From Mesotaenium endlicherianum (taxonomy: Eukaryota), in contig WELA01001736.1 of the NCBI GenBank assembly GCA_009602735.1, positions 21,837-85,836 on the forward strand: DNA of 64,000 nucleotides, written 5' to 3'. Below, in pieces: positions 36,001 through 48,620 of the stretch; position 1 is the first letter of the stretch; each line of letters starts with the position of its first letter. The position numbers were made by a program, and so were the translations under genes. The notes beneath the pieces were generated by a model. The model did not search any database, was not told the DNA's origin, and saw only the letters and a list, made by a program, of their open reading frames with translations.

Positions 36001-39000
36001 TGGCCTGCCCCAAATGCCCACCCAGTAAACTGTCATGTGCTTGACTCGATAAAAGGGACCTTATTTCCACGTTATTAGGAATGACTAGCTTCAGCCTGCC
36101 TGAAGTGATTTTAGTCACCCAGACCCCTCCCTTAAGCTTATACCCGAGTGCAGTAGCACGACACACACCAGTAGTGGGGCTGGGCTCAAATGTTGGATCA
36201 GAAAGGTAGGCTTTCCTAAGTTGTTCAAGGAAGGACTTTTTTACCTTTAGTGAAGTGAGTGCACACAGGACTTTATCTACAGCATGCTCACTAAAGTTCC
36301 TTTCTTGCAAGTCAGGTCTTCTAGAGAGTGCATTAGCAGGATTCAACTTCCCTGATTTGTAGTCGATCTGGACTTGGAACTGCTCCAGCATCTGGCTCCA
36401 GCGGTTCTCCCTCCTCGACAGCTTGGACTTCTTCTGAAAGTGGGTCAGAGCTAGATGATCTGTAATCACCTTAAAAGCTTTACCATGTAAGTATGCTCTC
36501 CACTNNNNNNNNNNNNNNNNNNNNNNNNNNNNNNNNNNNNNNNNNNNNNNNNNNNNNNNNNNNNNNNNNNNNNNNNNNNNNNNNNNNNNNNNNNNNNNNN
36601 NATTTAAATTTCATNCGCTGGATTAAATTTCATAGACTCATACAACACAGGATGCCACTCCTGCCGTACCTTACCATCCTTTGTGGTTTTGTCAGCAGGC
36701 TGCAACAAAATAGCACCCATGGCAAAGTCAGAGGCATCAGTGACCACCTGCACCGGTTTGCTGGGGTCATACACGGCTAGCACCGGGGCAGAACAAAGAG
36801 CATCTTTAAGGGTCTGGAAGGCAGCCTGNNNNNNNNNNNNNNNNNNNNNNNNNNNNNNNNNNNNNNNNNNNNNNNNNNNNNNNNNNNNNNNNNNNNNNNN
36901 NNNNNNNNNNNNNNNNNNAGAATAATTCTCAANAGTCAGTTTACTGGCCTTTGTAGAATAATTCTCAATAAATCTCCTATAGTAGTTAGCCAACCCGAGG
37001 AAGGATCTAACTTCAGAGACAGACTGTGGTACTGGCCAGTCCCTTATGGTTTGGACTTTCGTAGGATCCACACTGATACCTTCTTTGCTGACAATGTCGC
37101 CTAAGAATTCAATGCTTTCTTTAAAGAAATCACACTTGCTCATTTTAGCATATAAGTGATTTCTTCTCAGAGTGTCCTGGACTGTCTTTAAGTGTTCAGC
37201 GTGCTGAGCTTCATCTCTAGAGAAAATTAAAATATCATCCAGGAAAACTTGCACAACCTTATCCAAATAAGGTTTGAAAATGTCATTCATAGCACCCATG
37301 AAGGTCGCAGGAGCATTAGTTAGTCCAAATGGCATCACGTTTATAATGGTCATAACGTGTGCGGAAGGCAGTCTTGTGTTCATCCCCCTCAGCAATTCTG
37401 ATTTGATGGTAACCACTCTTGAGATCTATCTAACTGAACACCTTAGCACCAGACAGGGTATCAAGCAAGTCCTCGATTCTGGGTAAATCATACTTGTTCT
37501 TTACTGTAATTCTGTTCAGAGCTCTGTAATCCACACACATCCGCATACTGCCATGCTTTTTCTTAACAAATAGGATCGGTGCGCCGTAAGGTGAGTTACT
37601 GGGAGAAATATAACCATTTTCCTCAAGCTCTGCAATTTGTGTTTTCAACTCCTCGCTCTCCACGTAAGACAAGCCATAAGTGCGTTGCCAGGGTGGTTGA
37701 CTCCCAGATAATAAATCCATCCTATGATCTACTTCCCTCTTAGGGGGTAGTCCTGGAGGCATATTAAATACATCCGTGTACTGAGCAACAATTTTTGCAG
37801 CAGTAGGGTGCTCCGGAGGGCTTACCTTTTTCTCCACCACTTCTTCAGGTTGAGGAGGTACCTCTCTTAGCAGCAGACAGAACATTCTGTCTTCCTTCTG
37901 GTTCCAGCTTTTGACGAACTCCATTGCATTCAGCAACTTGCATCCTTCTGGAAGCCTCTTCTTTTCCTTCAGTTTCCATCCACACAGGACAAGAGGAAGA
38001 GCACTGGTGGGTGCCAAGTTGGTCTGCCCATCACTGGCTCCTCTCACTTTAACTGTACCTCTGCTCCAACACACTTCAGCTTGATGTCTATTAAGCCAGG
38101 ACCTGCCTAGCACGAGATCATAAAAGCCAGTGTTGAGTACCTCAAATGTAAGCGTTTCTGTTAGAACTGCATTGCCAGAACCTTACTGGACCTCAATAGG
38201 CTTGGTTATAACTCCTCCCGGGATACTTGAGGCATCTCCAAGGAATAGTTTTCTATTCCCTTGGGTGAAGTAGGCAGCCTTAGCCGCTTAACTAAGTTCT
38301 TATGGATAAAAGTATGTGACGCCCCTCCGTCAACAAATGCCCTCACCTTCCTACCTGCAATCATGCAATGCAGTAGGATAGGGGGGACTGTCTTAGCCTG
38401 ACTTTTGCATTGTTCTCCTGACGTAGCAAAGAAATGTTGGACATCAAGTGGAACAAGAGCATCCAGAGAGTGCACTCTCTGAACGTCTATATTGCTGATG
38501 GTCTCCTTTATCTGGTTGTCAGGCATGCATAGTGAATCCAGTTCAGCAGGACCCATAATACCTGCTACGAGGGCAGCTAGTGACGACTCACTATCTCTAG
38601 CATCCTGACAGTCAGTAGACTGGATTACTGACTGTTGCTGTCTTTTAAAGGCTGGTCTTTTCTCTCGACCTTCGGAAGGTGCTTGTTTGGACACTGCTCT
38701 CTGAAGTGACCTGGCTGCTGGCAATGGAAGCAAATCGATTTTGATGAGGCTGGTCTTGGCTTAGTCTTACCACCACCTCTTCCATAGCCGCCTCGAGACA
38801 AATCACCTCTCCCTCGGGACTGAATAGCATTGTACTCATACCCATATTCATCACCCTGATCATCCTCAGCCTGGTCTCCTTCAACTGCATTGTAGGAACC
38901 GTGGGGCTTTTTGACAACCTTAGACACCAAAGCATTACTCTGGCGCTCGTGATTGAACTGCTGCTGATCCCAGGCGTCAGCATCCTGAATCTAGTCAGCC

Positions 39001-40854
39001 AATTTCTCATACTTCTTCTCAGCAAAATGACCAGAGACTTCGGATTTCAAGCCATACCTGAAGTATGCTATCCTATACCGTTCTGGCAAGTCTGGCTGTT
39101 TCATCATGTTCTCCTGGAACTTTTGAGCAAACTCAGCAACTGAAGTGGTCTGCTTCAGTGTTAGGGAGATCATCGCATAGATAGCTTTCTCCTGCTGGTT
39201 GATGACATCAAACTTCTCATGCAACTTCTCGATAAACTCTACCCACGTAGAGTCACCGAGTTGCTGAGCCTTACGCTCTCCTTTCCAGTAAAGCCACCAG
39301 TTTGCGGCACTGCCTTTCAGTAGCGCACCGGTGTGCCTGACCTTCTCGTAATCTTGCAGTTCTGGGTAGTTCTCCAGCCACTGTTCAACATCCGCGAGAA
39401 ACTTGATCAGGTAATATTTTATGTTTCCCTCAGGATCATAGTCCTGGGGAGGTTCTGGCTTGGGCTTACTAGGCCCTCTGCCAACACCACTAGTGGTTTG
39501 AGACTCCATTTGGTCTCTGTCCCGCAGTTGAGACATTATGATTCTTTTGTCCTCCTGTTGGGACTGATACATGGTCGCCGTTTGCGACTGCATTTGAACG
39601 AACAATGCTCCCAAGTCTACACTCTGGGGTGGTAGTCTAGCAAATGCAGCAGCAGCATTGGCATCTACTCGCTGAGTAGTGTCCTCAACAGTCCCTCTCG
39701 CTCCTGCAGCAGCAATTCCTGCCGCATTCAGCCGGTCACGTATTTGACCTAGGGGTACATTGAGTTATACAGCAGGAGGTGGGTTCAGGACATTGGCCCT
39801 GGATGCCATAAGTTCTTCAACCGTGCGCTCGTCAGCGGGCTGTCCTTCCCTCCTTTCTGTATCTACATCAGCCTTTGCTAATTGTTCAGCTAATTTGGCT
39901 CTCTCCTCCTCAGCTTGCTGTGCTGCAACTGCGGCAATAGCAGCTGCCTCATCTGCAGCCTCTCTAGCTGCAGTATCTGCCACTGCTTCAGAATAGGTAC
40001 AGGTTCCCGCTACATGGCTTTCCGCCTGGTTTTCGACATTCTCGTTATCCTGGTTCTCCATGTCTCGGGAGTTGCTAGTTTGAGACCTTGTCCTTACCAT
40101 ACAAAGAAGACTGTGATAACTGCTCCGATACCACTGAAATGAATCGACTTACCAAATAAGCGATTAACAATTAATAAAGATCTTTATTTCAGCAAGTAAT
40201 GTTTATAGATTATTCGTTTCTTGGTTAAATGGCAAAAGGACAACACACTAGCAGTGAACAATACTCGTAAGTCAAATGAGAGTAAACTAGCATCAATAAT
40301 GCAAATCAGTAAACTCATACATAAGCAAGGTTAGAAGACAGTGCGTATCAATGGCTTCTCGCCTTGGATTCAGATCTCTCTCAGTCAGCTGTACCAGAGA
40401 GTTGGCCTCGTTTCCGAATGCCGAACTCGAGAGCAATGCCTAGCATATGTACATGGAATGAGTTTATTGTTCAACGGCCAGTGCGATGGCACCACCTACC
40501 CGAGAGTTAACCACGTTGGTAGGACCTCGGTTAACCAAATCCACCGCCATCTCCCATCATCCCGAATCGCCATCCATCATAGGGATGTCATCTGGCCATT
40601 CATCTAGCATACCACACTTAGATGCATATTGAGGCAGTTCGCTGCTACCGAGTACGGAAGTCAGCTGGCTGTCAAAGAATGTGTCAGCAAGCTGACTTAA
40701 GTTGACTTCAACCTGCTGCTTCCGGCTGAGTCATTAAACTGCTATTATATAAAGTCCAGCAGACTGATTATTTAACTAGAGTTCAGCAGGCTGAACATGA
40801 TTAACTATTATATCTAAATGAATATTATATCTACTAATATACTGATTCATTACA
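33040..40854 (-). mobile_element. Element C: full-length but decayed chromovirus (gag-PR-RT-RH-IN-chromodomain plus an extra 3' ORF) inserted between gag and protease of B
   Basis: LTRs 33040-33756 and 40135-40854. TSD GTCTC at 33035-33039 and 40855-40859. PBS TGGTATCGGAGC at 40122-40133. gag with CFHCQQPGHFREQC, protease FVDGGASHTF, RT VFLDD, IN GGHLG..CDQC/ISDRDSKF, and chromodomain YEVEEILD at ~34790-34930. Multiple stops and frameshifts. Confidence 0.95.
33868..34362 (-). CDS. Extra ORF of unknown function between the chromodomain and the 3' LTR of element C
   Basis: 164-aa open frame in the same sense as pol, Arg/Pro/Ser-rich (RSPSPP, RSRSRS). No recognised domain. Confidence 0.4.
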   Translation of the reverse strand: MCPGYMCRMAPTTQKEDKKRKAEEARGTMEQYQKAIGPRTRSPSPPAQAGEEADLTVICSRHRQKSPEDRGFRRGPRGVARGMAASPFAPGHVPLANVFQHPTGMPVYVGINTQVGEEQATILYSPRGPTLEQTGFFRRPADRTRGLSRSRSRSLDPGAPGTTP

Positions 40855-42160
40855 GTCTCCACCTCACTTGGCTTGTTGTCTTCTCGTGAAGTGGGTCTTG
40901 GGGTGGTAGGCTCCTGGCCTACCGGCGCTGTCCGTTTTTTGACAACTTTTTGGGGCATGAAAGTGCACAATGGCCCTTTTCCTTGCAATAGAAGCGTAGT
41001 CCAGCCGTCATGAGAGCTTCTTTTTCAGCCGGGGAGAGTCTTGCTTTCACTCCTTGCTGGTTTCTTGCATCATAAGTGTCATTGGAGGATCTTCCACTCT
41101 TCCGGGCAGCCGCGGGGTCCCTTTTAATAACTCCGATTTCCATGGGTGTGGGTCCAGATTCGAATGTGGAAGGAGCTGCGTACACCCGCGTCGTCGGTAC
41201 CCGTGAAGATGAAGGCACGGAGTGCTTGAAATTCAAGGTATCCACCTTTTGGGCCACTTCAATGATCTTTGAGAAGTCCGTCAAGTCGCGTAACTCCACT
41301 TCCTTTGCCACCTTGGGTTTGAGGCCAAAGATGTAACGGTCAATCTTCTCCTCGAGAGACATGTTGGGGATCTCAAGAGTGAGGGCGTGAAATCTGGATG
41401 TATACTCTTGAACGGACGTCGTTTGCTTGAGATACTGGAGCTTTTCTTGGGCAATGTTCTCCGCATTGATGGGCATGAATTGTTTCTTGAGGGCCTCTCA
41501 AAAATCTGCCCATCTTGCTTATGATGGTGGGGCTCTTGGCCGAGCAGGGGGTGCGCCATAGCTTGATGTATAGCCGCTTGATAGTTACGCCACCATGATG
41601 TTGCTGCTCCTCTAAGTAAGGTAACGGCAAAGGGAACGTATTCCTCCTCGGGTACTTCAAGGAATGCGAGATATATCTCCACTTGGTAGAGCCATAAATT
41701 CAGGTTGGCACCTTTCCCGGGGTTGAAAGGGTCGCGTTTGCCGGGCTTGATGAGTTTCCTTGCTCTCGTAGGCTCTTGTAGAGGCCCTTGAGCCGGGGTT
41801 GGATTTTGAGCATTGCTTCCAATAGGGGCAACCATGGCAGCCATAGCTTCTCTTGACGCTTGCACAATGGCTTCATAGGTGGCCAAGCCCACTTGGTTGT
41901 GGACGGTCATTAGGAAGGTTGCCCACTCATTTGCGGGAACTCCTTGTGGTGGGGTCAACTTTTCTATAGCGCCTGCCACGGGATTCGATAGTGCTCCTCC
42001 TTGTGGTGCTTCTTGTTGTTGCAGATTTTCTTGAGTGTGCTCTCCGGTCGGCGCTGGAGGAGGGTCTCTTGGAGATGAAGTGCTTCCTTCGAAAGCTTGC
42101 TGTTGGTCTTGAGGATCGGCCATCTTCTTGTGCTACCAAAGTGCCTAGCTCCGATACCAC

Positions 42161-42666
42161 TGTAGTGAAACAGATAGATAAAGTACTCAGTTAAGTAAAA
42201 TACTTTATCTATTCAGGACAAGGATCTTCGAACACAAGTGGTAGCTTCTGGGAAGAGAGATGGCTTCTTGAAAGTTAATATATTTCTGGAATTTGGCAAG
42301 TACATGAGTGATTCTTGAATGCCTTTCTATGTTCTAGCTCTTGCCAATATACTTGCTATATAAGTAGTTTCTAGGAAGGTGCATGTTGATGTGTTGACAC
42401 CCAACACATCCCAAAACTTGCCACCTCTTTCTAGAATAATGTACACATGTCCTTTTGACCTAAAAATGGCACATTTGACTATTGCCACATGGAGTTCTTC
42501 TAAGTCCTTCCTCTAACTTTGAAAATGCCTTAGAAGGTTCAAAGGATATGAACCAAGTCACTAGAGTATTTATTCACACTTGAATCCACACAGTACTACT
42601 ATGAAGTATATTCAAAAGCATCAAAAGAAAAGCAAACTACTATATATCAAAACTCAAATCACTACA
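42161..42666 (-). repeat. 5' LTR of element B (506 bp)
   Basis: Perfect 8-bp terminal inverted repeats TGTAGTGA...TCACTACA, adjacent to the PBS. Confidence 0.88.
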
Positions 42667-43099
42667 GCTACCATATAAAACCAGTTTCACTTAAACTCAA
42701 TAGCTTTGAGCACACACTTGCCTAAGTATATTACATATAGTCTCAATATTTTTTGTGTGCTACTAATTGCCTCGTGGAAAAAGATATGTTAAATCCTCTT
42801 AACTACAGCTGCGAATTTGAAAACAACTGACGCTAAATTTAGTTGAGGAATCAGGGCATGTGAAAAGAACAAAGGAAAATAAAGGTATCACAAAAAACTA
42901 ATATAGTGTGCAAAATTCACGTATAGAGAATTTTACAGACATAAAGTTAAGAATTAATAGGGAAAAAATTTTGCTACAGGTTTTCAATTTCTCTGATTTC
43001 AGTAAAACACTACTCATTTGGTACTTTCTTTTGTACAGCTTGTAAGGTCCTTGATCTATATGATTTCATTGTCTAATGGTATGGCTTTGTACACTTGTG

Positions 43100-43430
43100 C
43101 CAATATGTGGTTGATGTGGACTCAATCGACAAGTGGGACTATTGCTCTCTCAAGCAGGCGTGGCTCAATAGCTCGTAAGAAGATTTCTGCGACTGTTACT
43201 GTGCCTATGTCTTTCCACAAATGCGTGAGGCGACCATACATCATGCGGATCGTCTCGGCCCTTTTTCTTGTGAAATGGTGCAACACTTTGACCTTTTCTT
43301 CTGTAGCTGTCTGAAACTCTTCCTTGAGCACTGCTCAAAATACAAACACTGGATCTGCCAAGAGGACCGGAACTGAAGGGTGTATTCATTAAAGTGGGCA
43401 CTTAGTATTACAAATTGGAAAGAAGACAAC
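43100..43430 (-). mobile_element. Possible degraded retrotransposon gag remnant
   Basis: Broken ORF LKEEFQTATEEKVKVLHHFTRKRAETIRMMYGRL resembles the gag major-homology region (Q..ESI..Y..RF). AT-rich flanks. Confidence 0.3.
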
Positions 43431-44524
43431 TAATGAATTCCGGCCCAAAAGATCACTAAAGCACAACGTGAAAGCTTTTTGGAGTAGTCCTTGCAAGGAT
43501 AGTAAGCTTATGAATTTGCTCACTCTAAAATAGGTCTTCGAGTGACTGGAAACTGGCTTGGTGAAGGCAGATTGCTCCTCACAAGACTACCAAGAGATCC
43601 TCAAAAGCACAAGAGGGATACAAGGGCTACCTTTACTTATAACTCTATAACTTTCAACTTGCCATTATAACTCCTAAAAGATAGTTGCTAGAGGCAATTT
43701 ATCTTGAATATATACTCCACAATGCAGATAATACGGAAGTAGATGAAGTATGTAGTCTATTTTTAGTTCCAATCCAAGCACCCACATAACATCTAGCAAG
43801 TAATTGATAGCTAAACCTTACCTTGAGCACTGCAGGATGGATCAAAGCGTTCAACTGTCTAACATGAGCAAACCCCCAAAATTTCAGGTAATTTGGACAA
43901 ACTGTAGCTATGGTAACTTGTATCAGCAATAATTCTATTGGTAGTAGGTATCTAAAGCAATCACAAAGCAAAAAATAGAAAGGAGTAAATGCAGCTTCAA
44001 ACTTGCTATAAAAGGCCCTAGAAGGGACCTACCACGTCATGACATGGCCTCACGGACAAGTACGACTTAATGAGACACTGGATAATGTCGAGCATTGTCC
44101 CTTAAGCTAGTGTTGCAAGTGGGTGGCAAGAGATCGCGCTAAGCAACGAAAAGTACTTTCACTCAAACGCGTAGATCTTGCAGGATACAAAACCAATGAC
44201 GCAAAAAAAAGCCAATCAATAGCCAATCAATAGCCACTTCGATCCTCTACATATTAGTGACTTTTAAAATTTAGAAAGAAATGATACTATATGAAATTCA
44301 AAGTTAAATGCGGCTGTCTTGGGCGCCTCTAAGCGGCTTCACACACTAAATAGTCGCCCACAAAATGATAAATCATGACATGAAGAGTGCTAAAACGAAA
44401 GAAGCGCGAGCTTACATTCGGGAAGCCCAATCATGGATGAATCGTAAACATTCGTCGTCAGCTTGACGCAAAAAGCTTGCAACAAAAATCCTAGTCAGAC
44501 TGGGTGTGAGTCATCTTGAGCAAG

Positions 44525-45816
44525 TCAATAAGCTCGAATACTTGTGCTCAACAGAGAAGAACTTATGGAGGGCTGAAGAGGCACTTGGTGACTCTTGCCA
44601 TTGGTCATTGTGAGCCAAAAAGGCTTCTTGTCACCACTTTCAGTCACAAAGTCCAGCTCCTGCAAGCCCTCAAGAACCGTATGGCCAAAAAGTGACTAGC
44701 TAAAACATCCATAGATCCCTTTTTGTCCTCAGCAGATTGCGCTACAATCAAGGATCTGATAAAGCAAGTACAGGAATGAGACAAGCATAGGAACTTGATC
44801 TGTCCCCTACAAAAAGAAACGGAAAGCCTGTCATAGCAGTGGTCCTTACAGAAGGTCATAGCAGGAACAATGGTGTTGGACGTGTCGTAGCAGCTGAATC
44901 AGCTGCAGCCTGCGTGCAGATCTTCTGGGACAAACGCTAACCTTCAAGCTGGGACTCTATGGCAAGGTGGCCGTGCACGGCATGAGTGCTAGTATGCAAT
45001 CAGAGCCTGCACCACCGACTCACACCGAACAAGTTCAATACAGACCAAATCTTGCCAGCCTCCTCAGCCTGGTTGCGGACTACGCAAGGGCTAAGTTCCC
45101 CAGTATGAACCATTTGTACGCATGCTGCCAAGCAGCAGCACTTGCTGCACAAGTGCAGCCCAGTTGCTGCAGCATCAGAAAGCTAAAGACTGCCGGCATA
45201 GAGCTCCATAAGCGTCATCCTGGCATCGACTGTACCAAGCTGTGCGCCTTAAGTGTCTGTCAGACCATGCAATGCCACCCGCATTCACACGACTCTTCAA
45301 ATGAATCTTGCAAATTCGCCCCCCTCTCGCCTACCAGATCCTCTCCCCTCTTTGCATCCCTCTGCCGAAGGAGAACCAAGAGCCATAGAAAAGTCCATGT
45401 GGTTGCTTATGGGCGAATGATGGAAGAACATACATTGACAAGCTCGGGGTGGGCAGGTGTCCTCAATTTTTGCATCACGAATCTGCAAAGGAGCACAATC
45501 CCTGGTTCGCAAAAGGCCTGCCAATAAACAAGCATGTTCGTCAGAGAAGCCTGCCTACTATATTTGCAAAACTCAAAACAGTGGTCATGCAGGGTTACTC
45601 TACTTAATAGTAGCAATGAAAATCCAGCACCTGATGTGAGCATAAAGGGTAGGGAACAAAAGGAACACAATTACATGAAGGAGCCTCTTGCATCTTCCTG
45701 CTCCAGCTTTCCACTGATAGATTGATAGATTGTCTTGTACATACAGACAGGAGCAGGAACAAAAGGAGAGGAAGACAAAAGACCTGCTTCTGCTCCAACG
45801 ACTCAAATTTGCACTC
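44525..45816 (-). pseudogene. Partial duplicate of the last four exons and introns of the DUF1664 gene
   Basis: 45816-45784 ECKFESLEQKQ (identical peptide); 45517-45434 ..GIVLLCRFVMQ..PELVN; 45006-44942 (65 nt versus 69, with an in-frame TAG); 44659-44525 ELDFVTE..DKKPF..NGKSHQVP. Upstream exons not found. Confidence 0.85.
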
Positions 45817-46570
45817 CTGCATACAACCGCAACAAGGATATTGGCATCCAGCATTAGCAGTGAAGTTGCAGGTCATGCAAAAAGTAGACAACTTATAGAC
45901 TTTTCTTTGCTATCCAACAGAAACCTCGCCATCGCGAGATTTTCAAACCAAATGCTTGCAGGACAGTGTCTAACAGTACAGAGATACTTTGTTTGCATCT
46001 CTACATTGACACATATGCAAACTGTTATAGAGAACAGCTGGCAATAAAGGTCAGATCTAAGTCAAACAAGAAGCACAGGCACACACACGCAAAATACAAG
46101 ACATGTCAAAGCAATTGCTCGGCGAGAATGCCCACAATGCTGTCGCTAAGCATCCGTCTGCTCAAAAATTGCCGATAAACAAAAAAGAATGCGACATGGA
46201 TAGATGCGTAAGAGAAGCAACATCACCTGCCCTTGAAACGTCTATTCTTACCTGTTCAGAAAGCTAGAAGCTGACCGAGAATGCTTCATTACGACACAAT
46301 GAGGCCGATGTTCAAAGAACCCTACAGTTGCCTCCAGCTCCTCTTAGAAATGCATGTACGCCGGGTTGCCCGCCCACGGCCCATCTTCTACAGCTCTCTG
46401 TTTCAATGATTTGAAGTAGCTGGGCCTTCTGAGGTAATAGCGCCTCTACCCGTACTCCAGGCAGTAGCTGTCCCCTTTGAAACCCAGTATTGGGAGCATA
46501 ATGAAAGTTAAGCCTCTACAAATGACCCAGACACCCAAACCCCAGGTGTCCACCCAGTAGAGTTCCCTTG

Positions 46571-47413
46571 TTACTGACTCAAGTACTGGTGACTTCCAGG
46601 GTACAGTTCCTCCATGCTTGGCACTCCCTCTCGCAGATGATGAGAGAAGCTTGCCAAATTTATTGGCTTCTCCACAATGGGGTTGCTGTCATCCACCCAA
46701 GGGGAGCGGCAATACACACATGTGACAGCTCCCGTCCCTTTCGCAGCCCGCCACCGACTGAAGCACTCCTTGTGAATATTATTGCCACATATAGTGCAGA
46801 AAATGGTTTGTTCTTTGGCAGCACCACTATTGCCGACTAAAGGTTCATAACATATGGGGCAGTCGCCCTCTAAAGCTCGTTGCTGAGCAACTTCTTTTTT
46901 GCTCCCTTTCAACCGCTGAAACTGCTCCCTTGTGCGGACATCTGCTAATAATTCTTCGGCTTCAGCTTCCCTATCAGCGCGACCCGACCCTGGCGTCAAC
47001 AAGGAGGTAAGTTCTGTTGACAGAAGTGCCTTCTGCCAGACTCTGGGATCATTGCGATCACACCGCAGCACCCGCAACATGACAAACAGCATGTGCTTGC
47101 AAATGTGACCGAAACCATGATCAGGACAAGTGCAATGGGGTACATGCGCTATCGTGACTGTATATGCATTCCCGGTTGCTCCAAGAACATAGAATTCCTG
47201 AGAGTTGGGATTAGCTTGTCCCTCTAAGTTTTGGCGTCCCAGAAGATACAACCTGTGCGTGTAAGCACGCTCAATCCTTTCGTTAGTTTTCTGACTCGGT
47301 TTTGCTACATATCTAGCTAGACGTTTTTCAACCTCTCGTCTCTGCTTCTTAGTGCCAGACGAGCTCGTTCCAATACCTTTCGGGACGCTATCAGCATCTC
47401 TCTTTCGGCTCAT
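46571..47413 (-). CDS. SWIM zinc finger + RING finger protein (putative E3 ligase; ZSWIM2/MEKK1 N-terminus-like), intronless, 280 aa
   Basis: FYVLGATGNAYTVTI...CTCPD..GHICKHMLFV (SWIM) and CPICYE...CTICGNNIHKECF..W...CVYCRSPW (RING). Confidence 0.9.
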   Translation of the reverse strand: MSRKRDADSVPKGIGTSSSGTKKQRREVEKRLARYVAKPSQKTNERIERAYTHRLYLLGRQNLEGQANPNSQEFYVLGATGNAYTVTIAHVPHCTCPDHGFGHICKHMLFVMLRVLRCDRNDPRVWQKALLSTELTSLLTPGSGRADREAEAEELLADVRTREQFQRLKGSKKEVAQQRALEGDCPICYEPLVGNSGAAKEQTIFCTICGNNIHKECFSRWRAAKGTGAVTCVYCRSPWVDDSNPIVEKPINLASFSHHLREGVPSMEELYPGSHQYLSQ

Positions 47414-48620
47414 ACTTGGTGTCAGAAAATGACTTGTGTGTAGGAAACTGAGAGCAAGTTCACGGTTTTCTCAACGTGCTCAGATCCACCAATAGACCAA
47501 TGAGTTCGGCTTATCCACGATACACTTATAGCCAACCCGTCTTCTTTGTCTACGACGCACTACTAATTCACCTGTATACAAGATGATATGAGCCCTTTTC
47601 TGCGAAAGTGACCCCGATTTGATGATAGGAAGTAAGAATTAGATGACTGCATGTACTATGCAATGTGTACTTTAGTGCTTAACAAATTTTAACGAGCAGT
47701 GAATTCTATGCGAAGCCAGCCAGTACAATGTGGCCACTGGCCAATGATCAACGACACTTCGCGCACTTTCGTACGATAATCAGTAGTTCGGTTCTACAGG
47801 TTCGTGTCAATGACCACTCCTGGTAGCTTGTTCGGATAAGTTTGCTTATATGTAGACTTTTTTAGAACGGTTATTGAATAGGGCCGAAAGCGATTAGGGC
47901 AAGGTACAGAAGCGACTAAAATAAGGTACAAGAAGGTTAGCATCAGCTTCTTATATTGTAGGATCAATTATGCTCATCCCCTCCCTCACTAGAGAATCGA
48001 TATACTTCTAGCAGCAGCAGAGGGTCTGCTTATTAAGATGTCAGGCCATTTGAATACGAAGTACTGACGAGATCTTTTTCTGTTGCTTTTGACTATGTAC
48101 ACAAGCACAGAGGCCTGCTCAAGTGGCCTTCCACTTGGATAAATGATGATATCTTGGAGTTCCTACCCTAGGACTGAGCTAGACTTGATATGCCTGGCTG
48201 ACACAGTGCATAAGGGTCACTCTTCCATAAAACTAACTCTAATGTGATATTATCTGTTGCTGTAGCTGTAGAGCACGCCGATGCACATGCCATGAACAGC
48301 TGCAGCACTCAAAAGGATCAGAGTTGAGGCCCTTATACGGCATAATTTCTCGCACTTATGTAGTCGCCGTAAAACCCCTGCAAAAAGCAGGTGCAAAAAG
48401 AGTATTTAGAAACACTGCGATAGCACAATTTGAAACTTGTTTGGCAAAATCCACGTACACGTACATCCATCTTAAACTCCAAAGGGACATGAGAAGCTTA
48501 AAGGAGAAACATGCTATGTTGTAGGCCACCTATATGGGCACTTAGTCCTGACCTACTTGGCTGTAAAGTCATCACGAGATAGTACGTGATTCTGCAGATG
48601 TGGTGAACAAGGATGTCCAC

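Larger units (their letters stand above)
27127..42666 (-). mobile_element. Element B: outer Ty3/Gypsy retrotransposon, 3'-truncated, interrupted by elements C and D
   Basis: 5' LTR 42161-42666. PBS TGGTATCGGAGC (iMet type) at 42148-42159. gag 42123-40919 (frameshifted; PTPMEIG, degenerate zinc knuckle). Protease LVDSGAQGNF at ~32960. RT/RH 32700-31600 with frameshifts. IN split into 31400-31165 and 27583-27127 (IVSDRDPRFTS, DGQFERTN). Confidence 0.9.

Noticed and set aside
36919..36968. Direct repeat agaataattctcaa in element C RT
   Set aside because: Abuts an N gap and contains an n; probably an assembly artefact.
40341..40607. 88-aa ORF inside the element C LTR
   Set aside because: The frame is shifted in the sister LTR by small indels and has no recognisable domain.
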